The notes: generated by a model not told the origin, from the sequence alone. Counted from the first letter of the stretch, positions 19,775 through 29,814 are shown. The stretch is 41,818 nt of DNA from Gammaproteobacteria bacterium (GCA_046566095.1 JBKHXI010000006.1:1-41818); one strand, 5' to 3'. Translations and numbers: made by a program.

Positions 19775-20665
19775 ATGTACCTGCACCAGATCGACCCGAT
19801 CGCGCTCGCGCTCGGCCCGGTCCAGATCCACTGGTACGGGGTGATGTACGCCCTGGCCTTCGCCAGCGCCTGGTTCCTCGGCCGGCACCGGGTGCGCGCC
19901 GGCCGCCTGCCCGGGGTCGACGAGAACGCCTTCGGCGACCTGGCCTTCTACGGGATGCTGGGCGTGGTGCTGGGCGGGCGCATCGGCTACGTGCTGTTCT
20001 ACGCCTTCGGCGACTTCCTCCGCGACCCCGTGATGCTGTTCAGGGTCTGGGAGGGCGGCATGAGCTTCCACGGCGGCCTGCTCGGGGTGCTGGCGGCGGG
20101 CTGGTGGTGGTCGCGCCGGCAGCGCCTGCACTTCTTCGACACGGTCGATTTCGTCGCGCCGCTGGTGCCGGCCGGGCTGGGCCTGGGACGGCTGGGCAAC
20201 TGGATCGGCGGCGAGCTCTGGGGCAAGCCCACCGGCGGCGACTGGGGCGTGGTGTTCCCGCGCGCGCTGCCGCCGGAGTTGGCGATGCTCGACCCGGCCG
20301 TCCTGCGCGCCGAATTCGAGGCCGGGGGCCTGGCGCAGTTCGCGCGCCATCCCTCGCAGCTGTACCAGGTCGCGCTCGAGGGCGTGCTGCTGTTCGCCGT
20401 GCTGTGGTGGTTCTCGCGCAGGCCGCGGCCGCGCTACGCGGTCGCCGGCCTGTTCGCGCTGCTGTACGGCCTGTTCCGGTTCGCGGTCGAGTTCGTGCGC
20501 GAGCCCGACGCCCACATCGGCTACCTGGCCTTCGGCTGGCTCACCATGGGCCAGCTGCTGAGCCTGCCGCTGGTGGCGCTGGGGCTGGTCCTGCTGTGGC
20601 TGTCGCGCCGCGCGCCGACCGTGCAGCCGCGGCCGGCGCCGGCGGCGGAGTCAGGCGCCGCATGA
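19775..20665 (+). CDS. lgt: Prolipoprotein diacylglyceryl transferase
   Basis: [12 protein letters not shown]…[12 protein letters not shown]…[13 protein letters not shown]. Confidence 0.9.
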   Translation: MYLHQIDPIALALGPVQIHWYGVMYALAFASAWFLGRHRVRAGRLPGVDENAFGDLAFYGMLGVVLGGRIGYVLFYAFGDFLRDPVMLFRVWEGGMSFHGGLLGVLAAGWWWSRRQRLHFFDTVDFVAPLVPAGLGLGRLGNWIGGELWGKPTGGDWGVVFPRALPPELAMLDPAVLRAEFEAGGLAQFARHPSQLYQVALEGVLLFAVLWWFSRRPRPRYAVAGLFALLYGLFRFAVEFVREPDAHIGYLAFGWLTMGQLLSLPLVALGLVLLWLSRRAPTVQPRPAPAAESGAA

Positions 20666-20718
20666 GGCGGTACCTGATGGGGCGATCTCGATGAGGCGAT
20701 CCCGATGAGGCAGTACCT
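20661..20718 (+). repeat. Four-unit tandem array of a 14-15-nt motif carrying ATG(A/G)GGC, spanning the lgt stop to thyA codon 5
   Basis: Units: cATGAGGCGGTACCT (20661-75), GATGGGGCGATCTC (20676-89), GATGAGGCGATCCC (20690-703), GATGAGGCAGTACCT (20704-18). Units 1 and 4 match at 13/15 positions. Units 2 and 3 match at 12/14. Confidence 0.6.
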
Positions 20719-21499
20719 CGACCTGCTGCGGCACGTGCTCGAGCACGGCACCGGGAAGGACGACCGTACCGGCACCGGCACCCGCAGCGTGTTCGGCTGG
20801 CAGATGCGCTTCGACCTGGCCGAGGGCTTCCCGCTGGTCACCACCAAGAAACTGCACCTGCGCTCGATCGTGCACGAGCTGCTGTGGTTCCTGCGCGGGG
20901 AGACCAACGTCGCTTACCTGCGCGAGAACAGGGTCACGATCTGGGACGAATGGGCCGACGCCGACGGCGAGCTCGGCCCGGTCTACGGCAAGCAGTGGCG
21001 GCGCTGGGCCGGTACGGACGGCAGCGAGATCGACCAGATGCGCCGTGTGGTCGAGGAGATCCGGCGCAACCCGGATTCGCGCCGCCTGATCGTCAGCGCG
21101 TGGAACGTGGCCGAGCTGCCCAAGATGGCGCTGATGCCCTGCCACACCCTGTTCCAGTTCTACGTCGCAGGCGGGAAACTGAGCTGCCAGCTGTACCAGC
21201 GCAGCGGCGACGTGTTCCTCGGGGTGCCGTTCAACATCGCCAGCTACGCGCTGCTCACCCACATGGTGGCGCAGGTCACGGGCTTGCGGGTGGGCGAATT
21301 CGTGCACACCCTCGGCGATGCGCACCTGTATTCCAACCACCTGGCGCAGGCGCGCGAGCAACTGGCGCGCGCGCCGCGGCCGCTGCCGCGGCTGCGGCTC
21401 AATCCCGAGGTGACCGACCTGTTCGCCTTCCGCTTCGAGGACATCGCCATCGAGGGCTACGACCCGCACCCGGCGATCCGCGCGCCGGTGGCGGTATGA
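20705..21499 (+). CDS. thyA: Thymidylate synthase
   Basis: [31 protein letters not shown]…; active-site PCH in [12 protein letters not shown]. Confidence 0.95.
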   Translation: MRQYLDLLRHVLEHGTGKDDRTGTGTRSVFGWQMRFDLAEGFPLVTTKKLHLRSIVHELLWFLRGETNVAYLRENRVTIWDEWADADGELGPVYGKQWRRWAGTDGSEIDQMRRVVEEIRRNPDSRRLIVSAWNVAELPKMALMPCHTLFQFYVAGGKLSCQLYQRSGDVFLGVPFNIASYALLTHMVAQVTGLRVGEFVHTLGDAHLYSNHLAQAREQLARAPRPLPRLRLNPEVTDLFAFRFEDIAIEGYDPHPAIRAPVAV

Positions 21500-21509
21500 G
21501 CCCGGCGCG

Positions 21510-22010
21510 GTGACCGAGCTGGCGCTGATCGCCGCGCTCGACCGCGCCTTCGCCATCGGCCGCGGCAACGCGCTGCCCTGGCGGCTGCCGGACGACCTGG
21601 CGCGGTTCAAGGCACTGACCGGCAGCGCGCCGATCCTGATGGGGCGGCGCACCGCCGAATCGCTCGGCCGGGCGCTGCCGGGGCGCCGCAACCTGGTGCT
21701 GACGCGCGGCGGGCGGACGCCGTTCGCCGGCATGGAGGCGGTGGCCTCGTTGCCGGAAGCGCTGGCCCTGGCGGCGGCGGAACCGACCCTGTGGGTGATC
21801 GGCGGCGGCGAGGTCTACGCGCTGTGCCTGCCGCAGGCCACGCGCATGCACCTGACCCATGTCGACACCGCGGTCGCGGACGCCGACGCGCATTTCCCGC
21901 GCTTCGATGCCCGCGTCTGGGTGGTGGTGGCGCGCGAGCCGCACCCGGCGGACGCGCGCCACGCGCATGCGTTCGAATTCGTGGACTATCGGCGCGCGGG
22001 TGGCGGATAG
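21510..22010 (+). CDS. folA: Dihydrofolate reductase
   Basis: GTG start. IAALDRAFAIGRGNALPWRLPDDLARFKALT…MGRRT…WVIGGGEVY. Confidence 0.9.
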   Translation: MTELALIAALDRAFAIGRGNALPWRLPDDLARFKALTGSAPILMGRRTAESLGRALPGRRNLVLTRGGRTPFAGMEAVASLPEALALAAAEPTLWVIGGGEVYALCLPQATRMHLTHVDTAVADADAHFPRFDARVWVVVAREPHPADARHAHAFEFVDYRRAGGG

Positions 22011-22026
22011 GGCGCGGCCGTACCCG

Positions 22027-22190
22027 CGTGGGCCTCGCGCCCGAGGGGCGCTCCTACGGGGGTACGGCGGTGGCGGTGCGGGTCTTGACCCGCGATGGAG
22101 CCGCCGACGCGGCGTTGCGTAGGAGCGGGCCTTGCCCGCGATCGGCGCGACGTATCCGGCGTGGGCATCGCGCCCGAGGGGCGCTCCTAC
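22027..22190. repeat. Cluster of three REP units (family 2, GTAGGAGCGGGCCWTGCCCGCGATCG type) between convergent folA and apaH
   Basis: CGTGGGCCTCGCGCCCGAGGGGCGCTCCTAC at 22027-22057. The inverted unit GTAGGAGCGGGCCTTGCCCGCGATCG at 22119-22144. CGTGGGCATCGCGCCCGAGGGGCGCTCCTAC at 22160-22190. A single copy of the same core is at 31564-31589. Confidence 0.7.
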
Positions 22191-23080
22191 GGGGCGCGGC
22201 TGCCCTGCGGGCGCCGGCGCCGGCGCGCGCGCTTGCGGGTGGCGGGCGGCTGCGCCGGCACGTCGCGCCCGGGCACTTGCACCACCCGCAGTTCGTCGGT
22301 GTCCAGCTGCAGCGCGGTCAGCCTGCCGCCCCAGACCGCGCCGGTATCGATCGCGTGCACGCCGTGGCCGATGAACAGGCCCAGCGTCGACCAGTGGCCG
22401 CAGACGATCCGCAGGTCGCGCTCGGCGCGGCCGGGCACGCAGTACCAGGGGTACAGGCCCGGCTGCTGGGTGCCCGGCGCGCCCTTCTCCTCGAACGCGA
22501 TCCGGCCCTTCGGCGAGCAGTAGCGCAGGCGGGTGAACACGTTGATGATCGCGCGCAGGCGCTCGGTGCCGGCCAGCCGCGGCGACCATGCCGGCTGGTC
22601 GCCGTACATGTTGCGCAGCAGCTTGCCGCGCGTCTCCGCGTCGCGCAGCCTGGCCTCGACCTCGCGCGCATGCTTTTCGGCCAGCTGGGTGGTCCATTTC
22701 GGCGCAAGGCCGGCATGCACCATCATCCAGCCCAGGTCGCGATCCAGGTGCAGCAGCCCGCGGCCGCGCAGCCAGTCGAGCAGGACGTCGCGGTCCTCGG
22801 CGAACAGCACCCGCTGCAGGTCGGGATTCACCCGGCGCTGCTCGTCTGGGCTGCGCTCGGCGATCGCCAGCAGCGACAGGTCGTGGTTGCCCAGCACCAC
22901 CTCGCTGCTGTCGCGCAGCGAATGCACCAGGCGCAGGGTCTCCAGCGATTCCCCGCCGCGGTTGACCAGGTCGCCGCAGAACCACAGGCGGTCGCGCGCG
23001 GGGTCGAAGGCGATGCGTTCGAGCAGCCGCTGCAGCGGGTCCAGGCAGCCCTGCAGGTCGCCGATCGCCCAGACGCTCAT
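22187..23080 (-). CDS. apaH: Bis(5'-nucleosyl)-tetraphosphatase, symmetrical
   Basis: MSVWAIGDLQGC…GDLVNRG…GNHD metallophosphatase motifs. The stop TAG (22187-22189) lies inside the last REP unit. Arg-rich C-terminal tail. Confidence 0.9.
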   Translation of the reverse strand: MSVWAIGDLQGCLDPLQRLLERIAFDPARDRLWFCGDLVNRGGESLETLRLVHSLRDSSEVVLGNHDLSLLAIAERSPDEQRRVNPDLQRVLFAEDRDVLLDWLRGRGLLHLDRDLGWMMVHAGLAPKWTTQLAEKHAREVEARLRDAETRGKLLRNMYGDQPAWSPRLAGTERLRAIINVFTRLRYCSPKGRIAFEEKGAPGTQQPGLYPWYCVPGRAERDLRIVCGHWSTLGLFIGHGVHAIDTGAVWGGRLTALQLDTDELRVVQVPGRDVPAQPPATRKRARRRRRPQGSRAP

Positions 23081-23146
23081 CGCCGCGGCCCCCGGGCCGG
23101 GCGCTGGCTGGGCGGCTCCAGGCGCGATTCCATGCGTGCTTCCCGG

Positions 23147-23530
23147 CTAGTGCAGCGTGCGCGGCACGGTCAGGGTGAACGGCGGGATCGCCGCGTCGAA
23201 GCGGGTGCCGTCGTCGGCCAGCATCTCGTAGCGGCCCTCCATGGTGCCCAGGTCGGTCTCCAGGACCGCGCCGGAGGTGTACTGGAAGGCCTCGCCCGGC
23301 TGCAGCCAGGGCTGTTCGCCGACCACGCCCTCGCCGTCGACCTGCTCGACCTTGCCGTTGGCGTCGGTGATCACCCAGTGCCGCCCGAGCAGGCGCGCGG
23401 CGACGTTGCCGGCGTTGCGGATGCGGATGGTGTAGGCGAAGACGTAGCGGTCGCGTTCCGGCTCGGACTGGTCGTCCAGGTAGCGGGTCGCCACGTCGAT
23501 CGCGAGCGCGTACTCGGGCGTGTCGGTCAT
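23147..23530 (-). CDS. apaG: ApaG (DUF525) protein
   Basis: 127 aa. [46 protein letters not shown]. Confidence 0.9.
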   Translation of the reverse strand: MTDTPEYALAIDVATRYLDDQSEPERDRYVFAYTIRIRNAGNVAARLLGRHWVITDANGKVEQVDGEGVVGEQPWLQPGEAFQYTSGAVLETDLGTMEGRYEMLADDGTRFDAAIPPFTLTVPRTLH

Positions 23531-23626
23531 GCGCCGCAGTGTACGGGGTCGGCGTGAATGCGGAGTACGCGGGAAGGGGGCACCCGATCGGGAATCGGGA
23601 GCAGGGGTGCCTGGATCCGGGGAACT

Positions 23627-23704
23627 GTCGTCCCGAGCGAAGCGAGGGATCTGCTCTTGCTCTTCGACGCGGAAAAGCCGGTCCCTCGCTGCGTTCGGGA
23701 CGAC
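23627..23704. repeat. REP/MITE-like imperfect palindrome (family 1)
   Basis: The left arm GTCGTCCCGAGCGAAGCGAGGGATC pairs with the right arm GTCCCTCGCTGCGTTCGGGACGAC across a ~30-nt loop. Located in the rsmA-apaG spacer. Confidence 0.6.
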
Positions 23705-23710
23705 AGGGCG

Positions 23711-24544
23711 CTAGCGACCGGCCTCGCCCGGGATGTTCGCCAGGCGCACGAAATCGGCGACGGACAGCTGCTCGGCGCGCGCGTCGGGGCGCACCCCCGC
23801 CGCCTCGATGAGCGCGGCCCCGGCCACCGTCGCCAGCGCGTTGCGCAGGGTCTTGCGGCGCTGGCCGAAGGCGGCCCGCACCACCGCGGCGAAGCGCCGC
23901 GGGTCGCGGATGCCGACCGTTTCCGGGGTCCGCGGCACCAGCCGCACCACCGCCGAATCGACCTTCGGTGGCGGCCGGAACGCGCCCGGCGCCACCCGGA
24001 ACAGCGAGGTCACCTCGCAGTACGCCTGCAGCATCACGCTCAGCCGGCCGTAGACCTTGCCGCCCGGGGCGGCGGCCATCCGCTCGACCACCTCGCGCTG
24101 CAGCATGAAATGCATGTCGACGATGGCCGCGGCGTGGTCCAGGGCGTGGAACAGGATCGGCGAGGACAGGTTGTAGGGCAGGTTGCCGACCAGGCGGATC
24201 CGGCCGTCCGGCGACAGCTCGCGCGCCAGCGCGCCCAGGTCCACGTCGAGGACGTCGCCCGGCACGATGCGCAGGTCGCCGTGGGCGCGCGCGGCCGCGG
24301 CCAGCGGCGCCAGCAGGTCGCGGTCGAACTCGATCGCGGTCAGCGCGCCGTGGCGCTGCAGCAGCGGGAAGGTCAGCGCGCCCTGGCCGGGGCCGATCTC
24401 GACCAGGGCGTCGCCGGGCGCGGGATCGACCGCCTGCACGATCCGCTCGACCACGCCGCGCTCGTGCAGGAAATGCTGGCCGAGGTGCTTCTTGGCGCGC
24501 GCCCGGAAGCCCTCGCCGCCGCGCGCCGGGCGGGGCCGGCTCAT
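23711..24544 (-). CDS. rsmA: 16S rRNA (adenine1518/1519-N6)-dimethyltransferase
   Basis: ATG 24544 overlaps the pdxA stop (ATGA). KKHLGQHFL, VEIGPGQGALT, GNLPYN. Split from the fused 582-aa track ORF. Confidence 0.9.
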   Translation of the reverse strand: MSRPRPARGGEGFRARAKKHLGQHFLHERGVVERIVQAVDPAPGDALVEIGPGQGALTFPLLQRHGALTAIEFDRDLLAPLAAAARAHGDLRIVPGDVLDVDLGALARELSPDGRIRLVGNLPYNLSSPILFHALDHAAAIVDMHFMLQREVVERMAAAPGGKVYGRLSVMLQAYCEVTSLFRVAPGAFRPPPKVDSAVVRLVPRTPETVGIRDPRRFAAVVRAAFGQRRKTLRNALATVAGAALIEAAGVRPDARAEQLSVADFVRLANIPGEAGR

Positions 24545-25518
24545 CCGGCGCGGCGCGCGGCCAGGCGCGCGCACAGGTCGACCGCGGCCAGCAGGCTCGA
24601 CGGATCGGCGCTGCCGCGCCCGGCCAGTTCCAGCGCGGTGCCGTGGTCGACCGCTACCCGCGGGTAGGGCAGGCCCAGGGTCAGGTTGACCGCGCGCTCG
24701 AAGCCGCTGTACTTGAGCACCGGCAGGCCCTGGTCGTGGTACATCGCCAGCACCGCGTCGAAGCGGCGCAGCCGGGCCGGCAGGAAGGCGGTGTCGGCCG
24801 GCAGCGGGCCGGCCAGGTCCATGCCCCCGGCGCGCAGCGATTCGAGCACCGGCGCGATCACCTCGATCTCCTCGCGGCCCAGGTGGCCTTCCTCGCCGGC
24901 ATGCGGATTGAGGCCGAGCACGGCGATGGCCGGGGCGGCGATGCCGAACTCGGCGCGCAGGGCGGCGTGGACGATGCGCAGGCAGCGCTCGAGCACGGCC
25001 GGCGTGATCGCGTCGGGCACCGCGCGCAGCGGCAGGTGGGTGGTCGCCAGCGCCACCCGGGCCACGTCGTTGGCCAGCATCATCACCACTTCGCGGCCGG
25101 CATGGCGGGCCAGCAGCTCGGTGGTGCCGGTGTAGGCGATGCCGCCGGCGTTGATCGCGGCCTTGTGGAACGGGCCGGTCACCATGCCCGCGCAGTCGCC
25201 GCCGATGCAGGCGTCGGCGGCCGCGTGCAGCGCGGCGACCAGGGAGGCGGCGTTGCCCGGATCCGGGCGGCCGAAGCCCGTGGCCACGGCATGCGGCACC
25301 GGCTGCAGCGGCAGGTCGCCCGGCCGTGCGGGGCGGGCCCCGGGCGCCAGCGCGCGGAACGGCAGGCCGAGGGCGTCGGCCGCGCGTGCGAGCGCGTCGG
25401 GATCGGCGAAGGCCAGCAGCCGGCAGTCGCCGCGCGGGCGCTGCACCAGTCGCACGCACAGCTCCGGCCCGACGCCGGCCGGTTCGCCCGGCACCAGCGC
25501 CAGCCGGGGCGGACGCAT
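24541..25518 (-). CDS. pdxA: 4-hydroxythreonine-4-phosphate dehydrogenase
   Basis: 325 aa. PGEPAGVGPEL…GLNPHAGE…MYHDQG. Confidence 0.9.
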   Translation of the reverse strand: MRPPRLALVPGEPAGVGPELCVRLVQRPRGDCRLLAFADPDALARAADALGLPFRALAPGARPARPGDLPLQPVPHAVATGFGRPDPGNAASLVAALHAAADACIGGDCAGMVTGPFHKAAINAGGIAYTGTTELLARHAGREVVMMLANDVARVALATTHLPLRAVPDAITPAVLERCLRIVHAALRAEFGIAAPAIAVLGLNPHAGEEGHLGREEIEVIAPVLESLRAGGMDLAGPLPADTAFLPARLRRFDAVLAMYHDQGLPVLKYSGFERAVNLTLGLPYPRVAVDHGTALELAGRGSADPSSLLAAVDLCARLAARRAG

Positions 25519-25522
25519 GGGG

Positions 25523-26842
25523 TCAGCCGCCGCCGGCGCCCGGAAGGCGGACGTCGACGTAGGCCTGTCCGCGCAGTTCGCGCAGGAAGCGGTTCCACTC
25601 TTCCTCGAGCTTGCGCTGGCCGATGCTGGCGCGGACCTGGGCGCGGCGGTTGAGATCGGCGGCGTCAGCCTGGCGGCTGCCCTCGCGCATCACGATATGC
25701 CAGCCGGCGTCGGTGCGGAACGGCGCCGAGAACTGGCCGTCGGCGAGCGCTGCGAGCTGCGCCGCGAACCTGGGCCCATAGCTGTCGGCCGGGAACCAGC
25801 CCAGGTCGCCGCCGCGCGGCGCGGAGTTGGGGTCTGCGGAATGTTCGCGGGCCAGGGCGGCGAAGTCGGCGCCCCCGGTCAGGCGCGCGTGCAGGGTATC
25901 GATCCGGGACTTGGCCTGGGTTTCGTCGCCATCCTCTTCAACCCGCACGAGGATGTGCCGGGCGCGGTACTCGGTGACCATCTGCGGTCCGGCCTGGGAG
26001 GCGTCGCGGACCTCGACCAGCTGCAGCAGCTGGAATCCGCTGGGGCCGCGCACCGGCCCCAGGAACTGTCCCGGCTGCAGCGCCTGCACCTGCTGGGCGA
26101 AGGCCGGCGGAATCTCGTCCAGGCTGCGCCAGCCCAGGTCGCCGCCCTCCAGCGCGTTCGGGCTGTCCGAATAGCGCACGGCGGCGGCGGCGAAGTCCAT
26201 CTCGCCGCGGTCGATCAGGCTCTTGACGCCCTCGATCTTCTGCTGCGCCACCGCGATCTGCTCGGGCGTGGCGCCGTCCGGCAGCGCGACTAGGATGTGC
26301 GCCAGCCGGTACTGGGGGCCCAGGTCGGACTGCGCAGCCAGGGCGGCATCGACCTCGGCGTCGCTGACCCGGACCCGGGTCTGGGCGAAGCGCTGGCGCA
26401 GGCGCTGGATCAGCAGTTCCTCGCGCAGGGATTCGCGGAACCCGGCCATCGACACTCCGTCGGCGGCCAGCCGCGCCAGCAACTGCTCGGGGTTGACGTT
26501 GTTCTGGGCGGCGATCGCGGCGAGGGCCTGGTCGACTTCCGCATCGGTGACCTGCACGCCGGTCGATTCGGCGCGCGCCACCTGCAGCCGCACCAGCACC
26601 AGTCGCTCGAGCACCTGCCGCTCCAGCACCGCGCGCGGCGGCAGCTGCGCCTCGCGCCCGGCGTACTGGGCCAGGATGTTGCGCAGGGCCAGGTCCAGTT
26701 CGCTGCGCAGGATCACGTCCTCGTCGACGACCGCGACGATGTGGTCCACAGGCTGCAGCTGCTGGGCCTGCGCGGGCGGCGCCGGGACGGCGGACACGGC
26801 CAGCAGCGCGGCCGCGAGCAGGGCGGGGAGGAGTCGGTTCAT
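25523..26842 (-). CDS. surA: Periplasmic chaperone / peptidyl-prolyl isomerase SurA
   Basis: ATG 26842 overlaps the lptD stop (ATGA). Signal peptide MNRLLPALLAAALLAVSAVPA. SurA N-domain followed by two parvulin domains. Split from the fused 1234-aa track ORF. Confidence 0.9.
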   Translation of the reverse strand: MNRLLPALLAAALLAVSAVPAPPAQAQQLQPVDHIVAVVDEDVILRSELDLALRNILAQYAGREAQLPPRAVLERQVLERLVLVRLQVARAESTGVQVTDAEVDQALAAIAAQNNVNPEQLLARLAADGVSMAGFRESLREELLIQRLRQRFAQTRVRVSDAEVDAALAAQSDLGPQYRLAHILVALPDGATPEQIAVAQQKIEGVKSLIDRGEMDFAAAAVRYSDSPNALEGGDLGWRSLDEIPPAFAQQVQALQPGQFLGPVRGPSGFQLLQLVEVRDASQAGPQMVTEYRARHILVRVEEDGDETQAKSRIDTLHARLTGGADFAALAREHSADPNSAPRGGDLGWFPADSYGPRFAAQLAALADGQFSAPFRTDAGWHIVMREGSRQADAADLNRRAQVRASIGQRKLEEEWNRFLRELRGQAYVDVRLPGAGGG

Positions 26843-29181
26843 TCGAAGGGGTCCGGGGCGCGTTCGCCGCCGCCATCGACATCCGGCGGCGGCACGAGAT
26901 AGAGGTCGTCGCGGTAGTAGCCGAGAATAGCACGGCGCAGCACGCCCCTGGCGTCGCGGCCGGCCGAGCCCAGGCCCTTGAGCTCGACTTCCAGCATCAG
27001 CGCGTTGTCGAGCTCGCCGTCGCGGTTGCGCACGTAACGGCGGCCGACCAGGCGCACCGCCATGCAGCAGCTGTCCCACTGCACCCCGCCGATCGCCTCC
27101 AGCAGCTTGTCGTCCAGGATCGAGTGGTAATAGCGCCCGACCACGCTCCAGTTCGGCGTGAACGGGTACAGGAAGGACAGGTCGGCCTGTTCCAGCAGGT
27201 TGCGGCGGTAGCGGTAGCCGAGGTTGACCACGCCGTCGTCGCCGACCAGGTAACGGGTGCGCAGCGAGATCAGGTCCTCGCGGCGGAACTTCGGGTCCCA
27301 CTGGTAGGAGGCGCTGGCGCTCCAGCGGTCGTTGATCGCGTACGACAGGTCGGCGATCCAGGACGACTCGCCTTCCTCCACAGGGACCTCGCCGGGCGCG
27401 GTCACCAGCGAGTCGTCGAAGTAGCGGATCTGGCCGATGCTGGCGGCGAGCTTCTCGCGGCCGTCGGACTCGCGGATCAGGCGCGTGGTCAGGGCCATGG
27501 TCAGCTGGTTGGCGTCGGCCTGGCGGTCGGCGCCGGAATAGCGGTTGTCGCGGAACAGCTGGCCCCAGCTGAAGGTCATAGGCCGGGTGTCGAACAGCGG
27601 GATGCCGGACTGGTCGCGGAACGGGGCGTGCAGGTAGAACAGCCGCGGTTCCAGGGTCTGCAGGTGGCGCTCGCCGCGGAATCGGGTCTGGCGGTCGAAG
27701 AACAGGCCGGCGTCCACGGTGGTGATCGGCAGCGAGCGGGTCGGGCTGTCGTCGGTCACCGCCGGGCCGAAGCCGTCGTCGAGCTGGTAGGTGGTGTGGC
27801 GCCAGGCGAAGGTCGGCTTCACGAACCAGCTCGCGCCTTCCAGCGGCAGGCTGAGCCAGGGCTTGAGGTCGACGCGGGTGCCGCCCGGGAGGGTGTCGTG
27901 GTCGAAGCGCACCGCCTCGCCGTCGAAGCCGGCCACCAGCCAGGGCCGGAGCGGCCGCTCCCAGCGCAGCCAGGCGCGCGGCAGCTGGTGGTGCGGGAGG
28001 TTGTTCTCGGTCAGTGTGTAGTCCGAGAGAAGGTAGTAGTTGCCGGAGACGCCCGCGCTCCAGGTCGGCCCGCGCCCGGATACCCCCAGGCTGCTGCTGA
28101 GGTAGACCGGCGAAAGGTTGCCCAGGGTGCTGCTGAAGTCCTCGATGTAGCGCGGGTCGCTGATCCAGTTCAGGTCGGCGCTGGCCTGCCACCGCGGGTC
28201 GAGGTTCTGCAGGGCCGAGAAGCGGAACTGGCCGCGGTCCTCGGGACGGCGGTTGGCCTCGGGGATGCCGGCGGCGATCTCCCGGTCGCGTTCGCGGTCG
28301 GCGAGCTTGTCGCCCTGCAGCCAGGCCGCCTCGAGGGTGCCGCGGCCGGTCGGCGTCAGGTAGCGGAACTGGCCGCCGAGCATGAAGCCGCGGTCGGTCA
28401 TCAGCCGCGGGGTCAGGGTCGCGTCGTAGTTGGGCGCGAGGTTGAAGTAGATCGGCTGCTTCCAGTCGAAGCCGTTGCGGCTGGAGGTGCTGATCGACGG
28501 GTACAGCAGGCCGGTGCGGCGGCGGTCGTCGACCGGGAACATAAGCCAGGGCACGTACAGCACCGGCACCCGGCCGATGCGCAGGGTGGCGTTGCGGGCC
28601 ACGCCCATGCCGTCCTCGAGGTCGACGTCGATCTGCTGGGCGCGCAGTTCCCACAGCCGCTCGCTGGGCGCGCAGGTCGAGTAGGTCGAGCCGGTCAGGG
28701 TGCCGTCGCTGCCGCGCAGCGCGATCTGGTCGGCGCGGCCGTTGCCGCGGCGCGAGACCAGCTGGTACTGGACGTTGCTGATGCGGTGGCTGTCGGCCTC
28801 CTGGTCGCCCTCGGCGCGCTCGGCCACGATCCGCAGGCCCGAATCCTGGTAACGGATGCTGCCCTCGGCGACGTAGCGCCCGGTCTCGGTATCGTAGGTC
28901 AGCTTGTCGGTGCCCAGGAACTGGTCGCCGCGCTGCAGGTGGACGTTGCCCTCGACGATCGTGCTGTCGCCCTCGCTGCCGGTGAAGGTGTCGCCCTCGA
29001 TGTCGGTGGGCAGGTTCTGGCGTTCGCCGGGCTCCGCATCGGATGGCGTCAGGTCGGAGAAGGCCGGCACCGCGTCCTCCACCGGGCACAGGGAATAGTC
29101 CGGCTCCATGTCCTGCGCCTGCGCGGCCAGCGACATCGCGATGCACAGGGGCAGGGGCAGCAGGCGGAGGGCACGGCGCAC
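26839..29181 (-). CDS. lptD: LPS-assembly outer-membrane protein LptD
   Basis: OstA-type N-domain (GDSTIVEGNVHLQRGDQFLGTDKLTYD) and a large beta-barrel. The only start that gives a signal peptide (MRRALRLLPLPLCIAMSLAAQA) is in-frame GTG 29181, so the start is uncertain. Confidence 0.85.
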   Translation of the reverse strand: MRRALRLLPLPLCIAMSLAAQAQDMEPDYSLCPVEDAVPAFSDLTPSDAEPGERQNLPTDIEGDTFTGSEGDSTIVEGNVHLQRGDQFLGTDKLTYDTETGRYVAEGSIRYQDSGLRIVAERAEGDQEADSHRISNVQYQLVSRRGNGRADQIALRGSDGTLTGSTYSTCAPSERLWELRAQQIDVDLEDGMGVARNATLRIGRVPVLYVPWLMFPVDDRRRTGLLYPSISTSSRNGFDWKQPIYFNLAPNYDATLTPRLMTDRGFMLGGQFRYLTPTGRGTLEAAWLQGDKLADRERDREIAAGIPEANRRPEDRGQFRFSALQNLDPRWQASADLNWISDPRYIEDFSSTLGNLSPVYLSSSLGVSGRGPTWSAGVSGNYYLLSDYTLTENNLPHHQLPRAWLRWERPLRPWLVAGFDGEAVRFDHDTLPGGTRVDLKPWLSLPLEGASWFVKPTFAWRHTTYQLDDGFGPAVTDDSPTRSLPITTVDAGLFFDRQTRFRGERHLQTLEPRLFYLHAPFRDQSGIPLFDTRPMTFSWGQLFRDNRYSGADRQADANQLTMALTTRLIRESDGREKLAASIGQIRYFDDSLVTAPGEVPVEEGESSWIADLSYAINDRWSASASYQWDPKFRREDLISLRTRYLVGDDGVVNLGYRYRRNLLEQADLSFLYPFTPNWSVVGRYYHSILDDKLLEAIGGVQWDSCCMAVRLVGRRYVRNRDGELDNALMLEVELKGLGSAGRDARGVLRRAILGYYRDDLYLVPPPDVDGGGERAPDPFE

Positions 29182-29334
29182 GCGGCGGCATCCATTCGGC
29201 GGAAAATCGCCGGCTAGCTTGCCGCATCGCCGCAGGGCCGGCAATGCAGGACGGCAGCTGAACGGAGCCGGTTCGCGTTCACCTGCAGGCGACCGCGGGC
29301 GTCCAGACTTGGAGCCCCGCCCGGAGTCGTCCCG

Positions 29335-29772
<438 letters not shown>

Positions 29773-29814
29773 GCCCGCCCGGTCCGCGGCCGCGGCGCCG
29801 CGCCATGCGCGGGC

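Noticed and set aside
20661-20718. Tandem 14-15-nt repeats, considered as a CRISPR array or VNTR.
   Set aside because: The units are far too short and directly abutting, with no spacers, and there are only four. The array is interpreted instead as a duplicated thyA start region (see findings).
23531-23626. A mini-ORF ending on the apaG start (ATGA at 23530-23527).
   Set aside because: The +1 frame is open but holds no ATG. There is only a GTG at 23583, with no Shine-Dalgarno sequence, so it is not counted as support for the relay pattern.
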